Source: an uncultured Thermoleophilaceae bacterium (GTDB lineage Bacteria; Actinomycetota; Thermoleophilia; Solirubrobacterales; Thermoleophilaceae). Taken from it: DNA of 64,000 bases. Shown here piece by piece: positions 25,384 to 34,696 of the stretch. Where the stretch lies: the NCBI GenBank assembly GCA_963825475.1, contig CAWGTC010000001.1:315742-379741 (forward strand), given 5' to 3'. The position numbers and the translations under genes are program-made. Numbering within the stretch: position 1 is the first letter of the stretch; the number at the start of each line of letters is the position of its first letter. The notes under the pieces were generated by a model. The model made no database searches and had not been told where the DNA came from. It saw only the letters and a program-made list of their open reading frames with translations.

Positions 25384-26402
25384 GGCTCCGCTCGAAGGTC
25401 CGTTCGCAGCGCTTGGAGGTACTGCCACGGGAACTGACGCATCAGGGTGGAGGGAGAGGTGCGCCCGAAGACACCCCTGGGGCCCCGATAGGCCCCGATC
25501 CCACGCCGCCCAGGATCCTCGGCGTAGAAGGCGACTGCGCCACCCGTGTCGCGGATCACGAGGCCGTAGCGCTGGGCGGCCCTGGCCATCTCGCGGACGA
25601 TGGGCTCGACCTCCAGCTCCGACACGTCCACATCCGGATCGAGCCGGAAGCGCGTTCCGGCAGGTATCGCGGTCGGGCTCTCGATGTCGCCGTCCGTGCG
25701 CGCCGCGGGCCACGAGTACACCCGGGCTCTCGCGTCGGGAATCGTGAGCGCCAGCCCGTGGTTGATTCGTCCCGCCCGCAGCTCGTGGAGCCGCATCAGC
25801 CCGCCGAGTATCGGGATCCCGGTGGCGCTCGCTCCCCAGCCGGGCGGATCCGTGTAGGTACCTACGTTCTCCGAGACGTTCTCCATCCGGCCGCCGAACG
25901 TCGCGTGCCAGCCGTCGAGCTCTCTGCGTGCGCGCCAGAACTCCCACATCGTGTCCGTCGAGGGCTGCCAGATCACGAGCCGGCCGTCCGAGTCGGGGGA
26001 CGGGCGCGCTCCGCGGGGAATCGGCACTTCCTCCCAAGCGGCCTGCAGCAACGCGCGTCGGGGCGGCGTGGGGTCCGGCAGCGCGACGCGAACCGTACGC
26101 AGGCCGCGGGGCGCTCTGTAGACCGGGATGCCGTACTCGGTCGTGTTGATCCACGGGGAACGCACGCTCAGCTGGCGCTGCAGGTCGGAGACGTAGAACG
26201 ACGAGAGGGGGTCGAGGGGCGCATCGGCGGGCAGCGGCTTGTTCCAGAAGGACCTCGGTGCGAACGGCCTGGCCGGCCGCTTAGCCTTTTTCTTGCCCGT
26301 TGGCTGCGTCTTGGCTGGGCCGCGGATCCCCCCGAAGCCCTCGGCCGCCATCGGAGCGGAGCACAGCAGCGCGGCCACCGCCACGGCGATCACTGCTCGC
26401 AT
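25380..26402 (-). CDS. Secreted protein of unknown function (paralogue of 45761-46720)
   Basis: The start is taken at MRAVIAVAVAALLCSAPMAAEG, which is signal-peptide-like. It shares GIPILGGLMRLHELRAGRINHGLALTIP with GLPILPGLVRYDEVRSGRIDHALRITVP in the paralogue. Confidence 0.6.
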   Translation of the reverse strand: MRAVIAVAVAALLCSAPMAAEGFGGIRGPAKTQPTGKKKAKRPARPFAPRSFWNKPLPADAPLDPLSSFYVSDLQRQLSVRSPWINTTEYGIPVYRAPRGLRTVRVALPDPTPPRRALLQAAWEEVPIPRGARPSPDSDGRLVIWQPSTDTMWEFWRARRELDGWHATFGGRMENVSENVGTYTDPPGWGASATGIPILGGLMRLHELRAGRINHGLALTIPDARARVYSWPAARTDGDIESPTAIPAGTRFRLDPDVDVSELEVEPIVREMARAAQRYGLVIRDTGGAVAFYAEDPGRRGIGAYRGPRGVFGRTSPSTLMRQFPWQYLQALRTDLRAEP

Positions 26403-26572
26403 CTTGCCTAGATCTGGATACAGCACGCGCGCTCCCCGGTCCATGCGACCGTATCGGGTCCGCGGCGAGGTGGCTTTAAGCCGAGGGCCGGAACGGGCGC
26501 TCCGGCCCGGTCCGCTCATCGCCGTTGGAGGCGGCGGCTATACGGTACTGCCGCGCTTCGCGCCCTTCACCC

Positions 26573-27697
26573 ATGCCGCAGCTCTCTCGTATCCCTGGTC
26601 TCCGCCAACTGCCCGGCGCCCTGGGCCCGATTCGTGAAGACGTTGTGCTCTTCGAGAGCTGGCGCGGTCAATTCTCGGACAATCCGCGCGCGATCTCCGA
26701 GGAGCTCCACAGGCGCGGCGCGGAACTCCAACACGTCTGGGTGGTGGACCCGGCACTGGCCGGGAAAGTCCCGGACTGGGTCGTGCCGGTGGCTCCCGAG
26801 AGTGCCGGCCATCTCGCCATGATGGGACGTGCCCGCTACCTCGTGGCCAACGGAACCGTGCTGGGGTTTCACCGCAAGCGGCGCGGCACGACCTTCCTAC
26901 AGACCTGGCACGGCACCCCGCTCAAGAAAATTGGCTTCGACACCAACCGGGACGACTCGCGCCCGTCGCGGCAAGCGGGGAAGACGCTGGAGCGGAACAT
27001 CCCGAACTGGGACCTGCTGCTGTCGCCGAACCACTTCAGCACGCCCATCTTGCGTGACGCTTTCAGGTACTCCGGCACGGTTCTGGAGACAGGCTATCCA
27101 CGCAACGACCTGTTGCTGGCCCCTGAGGCCGGCGAGATCCGTGAGCGCGTTCGGGAGGAACTCGGAATCGCAGGGGGTCAACGGGCCGTGCTCTACGCCC
27201 CGACATTCCGCGACAGGGCCAGGTTCTCAGGCGAGGCCGAGATGCAGCGGCTCGCCCGCGACCTTGGCCCATCGCAAGTGGTGCTACTTCGCACCCACAA
27301 GACGGACGCGGGACAGCTCACGCTCGGCCCGCGCGCGCTGTTCCACGACGTGTCTGCCTACCCGGACAATCGTGAGCTCTACCTCGCCGCGGACGTCCTT
27401 GTTACCGACTATTCCTCGCTCATGTTCGACTTCGCCGTAACACGGAAGCCGATGCTGTTCTACACGCCTGATCTCGCGCAGTACCGCGACGAGCTGCGGG
27501 GGTTCTATTTCGACTTCGAGGCCGAGGCACCCGGGCCGCTGTTGTTCACGCTCGACGATGTGACGCGCGCGCTCGAAGATCTCGATGCAATCGTTGACGG
27601 TCACAGGGATGCGTATGCGCGCTTTCGCGAGCGTTTCTGCCACCTCGAGGACGGCCACGCGTCCGAGCGCGTAGTGGACGCACTGCTCGCCGTCTGA
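26573..27697 (+). CDS. CDP-glycerol glycerophosphotransferase (TagB/TagF family)
   Basis: FESWRGQFSDNPRAISEEL, LQTWHGTPLKKIGFD, LYAPTFRD and LVTDYSSLMFDFAVTRKPMLFYTPDL are hallmark TagF-family blocks. The alternative TTG start at 26525 is not excluded. Confidence 0.8.
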   Translation: MPQLSRIPGLRQLPGALGPIREDVVLFESWRGQFSDNPRAISEELHRRGAELQHVWVVDPALAGKVPDWVVPVAPESAGHLAMMGRARYLVANGTVLGFHRKRRGTTFLQTWHGTPLKKIGFDTNRDDSRPSRQAGKTLERNIPNWDLLLSPNHFSTPILRDAFRYSGTVLETGYPRNDLLLAPEAGEIRERVREELGIAGGQRAVLYAPTFRDRARFSGEAEMQRLARDLGPSQVVLLRTHKTDAGQLTLGPRALFHDVSAYPDNRELYLAADVLVTDYSSLMFDFAVTRKPMLFYTPDLAQYRDELRGFYFDFEAEAPGPLLFTLDDVTRALEDLDAIVDGHRDAYARFRERFCHLEDGHASERVVDALLAV

Positions 27698-27860
27698 CTA
27701 GCGAGCGTTCTCGGCGACTTCGCGGGTCGAGGAGTCGCTTCCCTCAGCCCGTCGACGTCCCCGGCATCGCAGATCAGTCCGCCCTCCCCCCACCAATCCC
27801 GGAGGGAGCCTGCATGGGGCTCGATACGCTGCCCTTTCCTTTCCGACCGCGTCCTTCTCC

Positions 27861-28595
27861 GTGAATCGCCCCTATCGTCCCAAGAGCTATTGGTCCGACC
27901 GCTTGCGCGACGGATTCGACCTACGGGCGACGGGGCACCTCCAGTACAGCCAGGCCTACAACGCATGGCTTTACCGGGCCAAGTCACGAGCGCTGGACGC
28001 ATGCCTGCGAGGCGTTCCCGAGACGACTTCGACTCTCGATATCGGGAGTGGGGTGGGCTGGGTCGTTGAGCAGCTACTCCGGCATGGCATGCGCGTTGAG
28101 GGATGCGACATCGCCCCGGTCGCCGTCGAGGAGCTCGACCGTAGGTTCCCCACCGTGCCCTTCTTCATGTTGGCCCTCGGGACGGACCAGATTCCTCGAC
28201 CGGACGCGACGTACGGTCTCGTAACCGCGCTCGATGTCACCTACCACATCACCGACGATGCACAGTGGCTTGCCGGCTTGTCCGAAATCGCGCGGGTGCT
28301 GAAGCCGGGAGGCCGGTTGATCGTGAGCGATGGCCTCGGTCCAGATGATGCAGAGCCTGCGGCGCATGTGCGGTTCCGGTCGCGGGAGACGTGGTCGCGT
28401 GCCGAGAGCCTCGGTCTTGAGATCTCCGCGGTCCGCCCGTATTTCCGCTGGCTGTCGCGCCCACGGAACGCACGGGGGTTTCGGCATTTAGGCGACCGCA
28501 CGCGAGGTGCCGTCGAGTTCGTCCTCGAGCGTGCACTACCAAGGAGTCCTCATATGCGCTCTGCGGTTCTCGTGAAACGCTCCAGGAAGCTGTGA
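27861..28595 (+). CDS. Class I SAM-dependent methyltransferase
   Basis: LDIGSGVGWVVEQLLRHGMRVEGCDIAP (motif I) and LKPGGRLIVSD. Confidence 0.75.
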   Translation: MNRPYRPKSYWSDRLRDGFDLRATGHLQYSQAYNAWLYRAKSRALDACLRGVPETTSTLDIGSGVGWVVEQLLRHGMRVEGCDIAPVAVEELDRRFPTVPFFMLALGTDQIPRPDATYGLVTALDVTYHITDDAQWLAGLSEIARVLKPGGRLIVSDGLGPDDAEPAAHVRFRSRETWSRAESLGLEISAVRPYFRWLSRPRNARGFRHLGDRTRGAVEFVLERALPRSPHMRSAVLVKRSRKL

Positions 28596-28653
28596 GCGAT
28601 GCCGACGACGAGGCGTCTCGGATGCACGCGACGAAGTCGTCCACATCTCAGCG

Positions 28654-29646
28654 ATGACGCCGGGTAACGCGGGTCAAGATCCCGCGGTCAGCGTGGTCGT
28701 GCCCGCGCGCAACGCGTCCGCGACCATGGGAGGCCTGTTCGCGGCCCTGGACCGCCAGACGTACACGGGTCCATGGGAAGTCGTTGTGGTGGACGACTTC
28801 TCGACCGACGCCACCGCAGATTCCGCACGGTCCTGGGGTGCACGAGTCGTGCACTTGGACGCACAGAGCGGTCCTGCCGCGGCGCGTAACGCGGGGATCG
28901 CCGCCGCACGCGCGCCGCTGATCGCATTCACGGACGCGGATTGCGAGCCAAGCCCGGAGTGGCTTGCGGAGATCACAACCTCGCTGGCCCGCGCCGATAT
29001 CGCGATGGGGCCGGTCCTCCCGACGCCCGGCGTGTCCCGAGGTCCGTTTGCCAGGACGTTGCGCATCGAGTCCGAGTCGCCGCTGTTCGAGACGGCGAAC
29101 CTGGGCGTCAGGCGGGAGGTGGTGGATCGCATCGGTGGCTTCGAGCCGTTCGCGCCGATAGAAGACGGCCGCCGCGGCGGGCTGAGGCCATCGGTGGACC
29201 AGGGCCACTTTGGCGAAGACGCCGTGTTCGGCTGGCGCGCGCGCCGACTGGGTGCCCGAACCACGTTCGCGGAGAAGGCGCTCGTGCACCACGCAGTTTT
29301 CCCACGCGGCGCGCGCGGCTACATCGCCGAGCGCTGGAGACTGCGCTTCTTCCCAGCGCTTGTCCGGGAGGTCCCGGAGTTGCGATCCCGACTGACGCTG
29401 CGCTTCTTTCTATCGAGGAAGACGGCGCTCTTCGACCTGGCCATAGCCGGCACGGCGCTGGGCGCGGTGAGCGGCCGCAGGTGGCCGCTGCTCGCTTCGC
29501 TCCCCTATCTGACGCAGCGCCTGAGCTGGCATGCGGCCGGTAGGCGTGCGGTCGCGAAACGCAACCTGGCCATCCTCGCAGGCGATGCCGTCGGGCTTGC
29601 CGCGCTCGTGAGGGGAAGCGTCGCGGCCCGCAGGATCCTGCTCTGA
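28654..29646 (+). CDS. Glycosyltransferase family 2 (member of a 3-paralogue set)
   Basis: VSVVVPARNASATMGGLFAALDRQTYTGPWEVVVVDDFSTD and FTDADCEP. The C-terminal membrane-associated tail is shared with 36336-37324 and 60932-61870. Confidence 0.8.
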   Translation: MTPGNAGQDPAVSVVVPARNASATMGGLFAALDRQTYTGPWEVVVVDDFSTDATADSARSWGARVVHLDAQSGPAAARNAGIAAARAPLIAFTDADCEPSPEWLAEITTSLARADIAMGPVLPTPGVSRGPFARTLRIESESPLFETANLGVRREVVDRIGGFEPFAPIEDGRRGGLRPSVDQGHFGEDAVFGWRARRLGARTTFAEKALVHHAVFPRGARGYIAERWRLRFFPALVREVPELRSRLTLRFFLSRKTALFDLAIAGTALGAVSGRRWPLLASLPYLTQRLSWHAAGRRAVAKRNLAILAGDAVGLAALVRGSVAARRILL

Positions 29647-29777
29647 GCTGCGCTACCACTGCGATACTGGCGGCGGTGAGGACGAGGCGCAACCGGACCG
29701 GGCAACTCGGCCTGAATGTGGCGCCGCGAGAGACGATCCTCCCCGAGGTTGCGCTCGGACCGAGCCGCTCGATTCCC

Positions 29778-30649
29778 ATGCCCGCGGTGTTCGAGAGGCT
29801 CGACGGCCCGCCAGTGTTCATCACGGGTCAGGGGCGCTCCGGAACATCGTGGACCTTGGATCTGTTCGACCGCCAGCCAGAGGTCTGTGCGATCTTCGAG
29901 ACGTGGCTCTTGACCCAAACGCGCGGCGTGACCGCGGTGTTGACCCAGCCCCAATGGCATCCCGACTACTACGCAGCCCAGCTCGAGAGCATCGGGGTGG
30001 CGCACGCCGCCGTGCAGCTGGTGGATTACGAGACGGCGGTCCGCGATCTCGCAGAGCTCACCGCACGCTGGCTGATGCGCCCGGTCCAACCCGAGCACCG
30101 ATTCATGGTCGAGAAGGGCCCGCTTGACATCGCTGCGAGCTTCACGATGTTTCCCGATGCGCGACTCGTTCATGTGATCCGTGACGGGCGCGACGTCTCG
30201 CTGTCCGTTGCGGCCGCTGCCGACTCTTGGGCGCCTTCGATGCGCGGGGGATCGGTCGTGCCAGGGCCTCGGCGTGGCGAACCGCGGTCAAGGAGATCCG
30301 TAGCCATCGGGGTGCCCTCGGCGACCGCTACTTCGAGGTGCGTTTCGAGGACCTCAAGACGAACTTCGAGCCGACCGTGCGCGCTGTGTTTCAGTTCGCG
30401 GGCGTACCGGCTGACGACCAAGCGGTCGAGCGCGCTCGTTTGGAGACTGACCTGTCGAGCTACAGCCAGGAGACGCGTGCCAGCGGCTTCCGCGGCACGG
30501 GCAGTGTCGGTAGGTGGCGGAAGCACTTCAGCCTGCGCGACGCGATCGAGTTCGACAGGGCGGCCGGCTCGATGCTGATCGAGCTCGGGTACGAGGACGA
30601 CCGGTCGTGGCTGTGGGACGTGGCTCGCCGGCGCGTTCGCCGGAGCTAG
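29778..30649 (+). pseudogene. Sulfotransferase, frameshifted at about 30228-30260
   Basis: Frame 0 reads PVFITGQGRSGTSW (5'-PSB loop) ... VIRDGRDVSLS (3'-PB). Frame 2 (track ORF 30227..30649) carries the C-terminal ...RYFEVRFEDL...GFRGTGSVGRWRKHFS. A G5 run at 30246-30250 lies in the junction. Confidence 0.65.
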
Positions 30650-30651
30650 CG

Positions 30652-32124
30652 ATGGCGACAGCGTCTGGCGTCCCCACTACGGGTCGCCGCGCCAAGGCGG
30701 CCCGGGGAACGGTCATCAACTCCGCGTTCCTGATCGGCCTGAACGCGCTCGCGCTGATCAAGGGCTTCGCTGTGGCCGGTTTCATCACGGTCTCCGACTA
30801 CGGAGTCTGGGGGCTCTTGGTCGTCGCGTTCACCTCGCTGTATGGGCTAGTGCAGATCGGCGTGAACGACAAGTACATCCAGCAGGACGCCGAAGATCAG
30901 GAGCACGCATTCCAGCAGGCGTTCACGCTCCAGCTCGCCTTGAGCTTGTTCTTCGTGGCGCTCATGGTCGTGATGATGCCGGTCTATGCGCTGGCCTATG
31001 GCAACTGGGAGATTCTGCTCCCGGGCTGGGCGCTGGCGCTCGCCATGCCCGCTAGCGCGTTTCAGGCACCGCTGTGGACCTTCTACAGGCGGATGGACTA
31101 CCTGAAGCAGCGGCGCCTTCAAGTGATCGACCCGGTCTTGAGCATCGTTGTGACACTCGGACTGGCTGCCGCAGGATTCGGCTACTGGTCGTTCGTAATT
31201 GGGACGATCTGCGGAAGTTGGGCCGCGGCAGTCATGGCGATACGGGCTTCTCCCTACAAACTCGCCCTCCGGTACGAGTCAGGCACTGTGCGCGAGTACG
31301 CGCGCTTCTCGGGCCCGTTGATGTTCCAGGGCGCCTGCGTGGCTGTGATCCAGTTCGTGCCGGTACTCACTGCCCAGCGCACGCTTGGAACCGCCGCCGT
31401 AGGTGCGATGGCGATCGCCAGCAACATCTCGAGGTACACGCTCAAGGTCGACCAGATCATCACGGGGACGCTCTATCCGGTGGTTTGTGCGGTCAAGGAC
31501 CGCCGGGACCTACTGCAAGAGGCGTTCCTGAAGTCGAATCGGCTGGGGCTGCTCTGGGCCGGCCCCACGGGCGTAGGCATCTTTTTGTTCGCGCCCGACC
31601 TGGTGCAGTTCGTGATCGGCTCTCAATGGCAAGAGGCCATCCCGATCATCCAGTCGCTCGGCATAGTCGCGGTGATCAACCAGATCGGCTTCAACTGGAC
31701 CGCCTTCTACCGGGCGATTGGCGATACGCGCCCGATCGCCGTGGGCGGTCTGGCCATGGCCTTGGGCGTAACGGGACTTGCCGTGCCGCTTCTCCTTGCC
31801 GAGGGACTCCAGGGGTACGCGGTTGGCATGGGCCTCGCGGCAACTGTCCTCCTCGCGGTCCGGATGGTCTATCTCCGACGCCTCTTTTCGCTCAGGCCGA
31901 TAGTCGGGAACGTCGCTCGGGGGCTCCTCCCGGTGGCGGTTGCGTTTACCGTCACAGGGGCCGCCCGGCTGCTTCTCTGGGGCGGCGAACGCGCGGAGGT
32001 TCAGGCCTGTCTTGAATTTGCCTTATTCGTGGCCATCGCGGGCGCCTTTACGGTGATCTCGGCACGCAGTCTGCTGGTCGAGTTCCGGGGCTACCTTCAG
32101 CGCCCGTCGGCCACGCCTGCCTAG
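30652..32124 (+). CDS. Polysaccharide flippase (Wzx / MOP superfamily)
   Basis: ATG 30652 lies 2 nt after the preceding stop. About 12-14 TM segments. The N-terminus TVINSAFLIGLNALALIKGF is typical of oligosaccharide flippases. Confidence 0.75.
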   Translation: MATASGVPTTGRRAKAARGTVINSAFLIGLNALALIKGFAVAGFITVSDYGVWGLLVVAFTSLYGLVQIGVNDKYIQQDAEDQEHAFQQAFTLQLALSLFFVALMVVMMPVYALAYGNWEILLPGWALALAMPASAFQAPLWTFYRRMDYLKQRRLQVIDPVLSIVVTLGLAAAGFGYWSFVIGTICGSWAAAVMAIRASPYKLALRYESGTVREYARFSGPLMFQGACVAVIQFVPVLTAQRTLGTAAVGAMAIASNISRYTLKVDQIITGTLYPVVCAVKDRRDLLQEAFLKSNRLGLLWAGPTGVGIFLFAPDLVQFVIGSQWQEAIPIIQSLGIVAVINQIGFNWTAFYRAIGDTRPIAVGGLAMALGVTGLAVPLLLAEGLQGYAVGMGLAATVLLAVRMVYLRRLFSLRPIVGNVARGLLPVAVAFTVTGAARLLLWGGERAEVQACLEFALFVAIAGAFTVISARSLLVEFRGYLQRPSATPA

Positions 32125-32816
32125 CGCCGCCGCAAACAGACGATGCAGAACTGCGTACCGGCTCCTTCAATCCGCTCGGTGTTCATACCGGCCTCGTCAG
32201 CGATGGATCGCACGTCGTCGAGCTCTACGGCGGAACCAAGCCAGGACGGATCTTCGACACCCTTCGGGTAGCGGCCGACGACGCGCGCGAGACGCCGCCT
32301 AAGGCCACCAGCTTTCCGCCGGTGCAGATCGGGATCGTTCGAAACCTGGAACGCCGCCCACGCTCCGGGCTTCAGTACCCGCCCCATGTCGCGCACGTAG
32401 GCGAGCGTGATCTGCGGGTCGGGAATGTGCTGGAAAACGACGTGTGAGACAAGGGCATCTGCCACACCGTCAGGGATTCCCGTAAGCGATGCCCCGTCGC
32501 CCTGGACCCAGGTCACGTTCTCGAGGTCGGCGTTGTATTCGCGCGCGCGGTCCAGCATCTCTGTTGAGATGTCGATCGCGTGGACACTGCCCGCGCCCAG
32601 CACGGTGGCCGCCCGCGTCAGCCGGCCAAGCCCGCAGCCCACGTCAACAACAGCGTCGCCGGGCTGAATCGCAACCCCAGCGATCGCAAGCAGCTGTCGC
32701 AGGTCGGCCTCACCCTGCGCCCAGAAGCGCGCGATGTCTGGATTGCGGTAGTCGAGCCGGTTGTCGACGAAGAAGAACGCGTCCTCCTTGGCGCGTTCGT
32801 CCCAGAAGTCACCCAT
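32121..32816 (-). CDS. Class I SAM-dependent methyltransferase (paralogue of 60188-60889)
   Basis: MGDFWDERAKEDAFFFVDN...VVDVGCGLGRLT...VVFQHIPDP. It aligns along its whole length with the 60188 gene. Confidence 0.8.
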   Translation of the reverse strand: MGDFWDERAKEDAFFFVDNRLDYRNPDIARFWAQGEADLRQLLAIAGVAIQPGDAVVDVGCGLGRLTRAATVLGAGSVHAIDISTEMLDRAREYNADLENVTWVQGDGASLTGIPDGVADALVSHVVFQHIPDPQITLAYVRDMGRVLKPGAWAAFQVSNDPDLHRRKAGGLRRRLARVVGRYPKGVEDPSWLGSAVELDDVRSIADEAGMNTERIEGAGTQFCIVCLRRR

Positions 32817-32842
32817 ATGCGCAGCCGTTCCACGACGCAAGC

Positions 32843-33799
32843 CTAATGGCCAAATGGTGTGGCCCGACGATGCTCCCAATAGAGCTCTCGCTGGCGCTCA
32901 ACGCAGTCGGGATGCCACGGCTTGTTGGCGCCGGGACCCTCGAAGTGGCGGATGCCCGGGCGGTAAAGCGCCCGCAGGCGAGCCAACCGGCTGAAGGTCC
33001 CCCTGCTCCAATCGTGCCGAAGCGCATTCGTCGCGTTCCAGCGTGGATGGAGGCGGACACGGCGTCGGCCGAGCACGAGGTTCAGGGCGTCCTGGTCTGG
33101 CCATTCGAACTCGGATCCGCGCTCGGCCACAACTTCGGCAGTGCCGCCGTGGTGTCATCTCGACGCATCTCCTCAAGATGCATCAAGAGGACTCCACTGT
33201 TGAAGTAGACATCACGACTGGGCAAGCCAAGCTCCTTCGGCCGCCCGCGGTGATTGGGCTGAAAGACGTTGGTTACCGCACCGAGCCAATAGCCGCTAAG
33301 GTCGGTGAGCCAGAGCGGCTCGAGTGAATCACAGGCCAGCGTGTCGGCATCAAGGTAGAGACACGCGGCGACGGCCGGCAGAAGCTCGGGCAAGAACAGC
33401 CGGTGCCACATGGCCGACGTGAAACGGGAGTCCGACGGCAGTGCTGCGACGCTCTTGTCGTGAACCTCAACGAAGGAGATCGAGCCGCCGCTCGCCCGAC
33501 CAGTTCTGTCAAGCGCTCTGAATCGAACTCATCGAACCGTGGGCCGTGGAGATAGTGGATATGTACGGCTAGGCGTCCGCCGCTGGCGAGGATCGAATGG
33601 ATTAGCGCCGCGCTATGCGTGACGTACGACCCCTCGGCGGCGCACGAAACGTGGAGCGTCTCCAGGTCAGTCTCCGCCCGAGAAAAGCTGGGAGTCGCTT
33701 AAAATAGCGCCGGTTCGTGCCACCAGCGGGGCGCCCCACTCGCTCGACCAGCCTCTGCGCACGTAGGGGCTCCACGGCTGCGGAATCAGGACCGCTCAA
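32843..33799 (-). pseudogene. Glycosyltransferase family 8, at least 3 frameshifts
   Basis: GT8 blocks are scattered over three frames. LHVSCAAEGSYVTHSAALIHSIL reads up to about 33665. ISFVEVHDKSVAALPSDSRFTSAMWHRLFLPELLPAVAACLYLDADTLA...YFNSGVLLMHLEEM is track ORF 33082..33411. AERGSEFEWPDQDALNLVLG...HFEGPGANKPW is track ORF 32843..33130. Junctions lie at about 33665, 33490 and 33133. Confidence 0.7.
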
Positions 33800-34554
33800 T
33801 GCTTGATTGCCATCCGTCCCGTGTAGTCGATCCGGGTCAGCAGAATCGGAGCCGCGGTCGTCTCGAAGTGCTCATCGACCGCACGCCGGCAGCCCTCCCA
33901 GTGTCCGTAATCGTCGATGATGAGCGGCCCGCCGTCGGCCAGACGCGGGTAGAGATGAAGTAGCTCGTGTCGGGTCGATTCGTACCAGTCTGTGTCGAGG
34001 CGTAGAAGAGCAAGTCTCTCAGGCGCGTCCGCTGGCAGAGTCTCTTCTACCGGACCCCGCACGAAGTGCAGCCGCTCCTCCGGATAACCCGTCGCAAGCA
34101 AGGTCTTTCGCACTCCCTCCTCGTTGAAAACCGCGGGTGAGAAGTACTCCGGCCACGCAGGCCCGGTCTCGGCGTCGTTCCAGGTCTCGAGCGCTGGCCG
34201 ATGGAACTGCGACACATCCTCACGAGTCGGCTGAGTCATGCCCTCGAAGGTGTCGTACAGCCAGATGTCGCGCTCAGCACCGAGGTCCTGAAGAGCCAGA
34301 ATCATTGCGAGCACCGAACCACCACGCCAGACACCGCACTCGGCGAACGCACCTTCGATTCTGCGCCTCTCGCAGTAGCGGACTGCCTCGATTATCGCGA
34401 GCAGGCGCGGCACGCTCGTGATGCTGTGCGGGAGCGCGCTGTCGACGATACGCTGCTCAACCGGGGGCAAGTTCCTGAGGTCGGCGTCCGGAGAGACGGG
34501 GTCGTCACGAATGAGCACGGGTTGGGATGGGCCGGAGCGCCGGAGGGAGAGCAT
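33796..34554 (-). CDS. TylF/MycF-family (macrocin-type) sugar O-methyltransferase
   Basis: 252 aa: ECGVWRGGSVLAMILAL...LYDTFEGM...LRLDTDWYESTRHELLHLYPRLADGGPLIIDDYGHWEGCRRAVDE. Confidence 0.85.
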   Translation of the reverse strand: MLSLRRSGPSQPVLIRDDPVSPDADLRNLPPVEQRIVDSALPHSITSVPRLLAIIEAVRYCERRRIEGAFAECGVWRGGSVLAMILALQDLGAERDIWLYDTFEGMTQPTREDVSQFHRPALETWNDAETGPAWPEYFSPAVFNEEGVRKTLLATGYPEERLHFVRGPVEETLPADAPERLALLRLDTDWYESTRHELLHLYPRLADGGPLIIDDYGHWEGCRRAVDEHFETTAAPILLTRIDYTGRMAIKH

Positions 34555-34696
34555 TGATGAAGCGAGCCTTCACTGGCGCGTCATGCTAGCCGGGGGGTGC
34601 CGCGCGCGTGGAAACTGAGGTGGAGGCCGTACGCCCTGCCTGGGCGCGCGCGGGCGACGGAACAGGGGGGGGGGTATAAGGATCAGCGTCCCTCTT

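Noticed and set aside
24675-26411. 578-aa plus ORF and 442-aa minus ORF (24826..26154)
   Set aside because: They are shifted or antisense readings of the GT2 and secreted-protein genes. No motifs are present and the Arg/Gly/Pro content is extreme.
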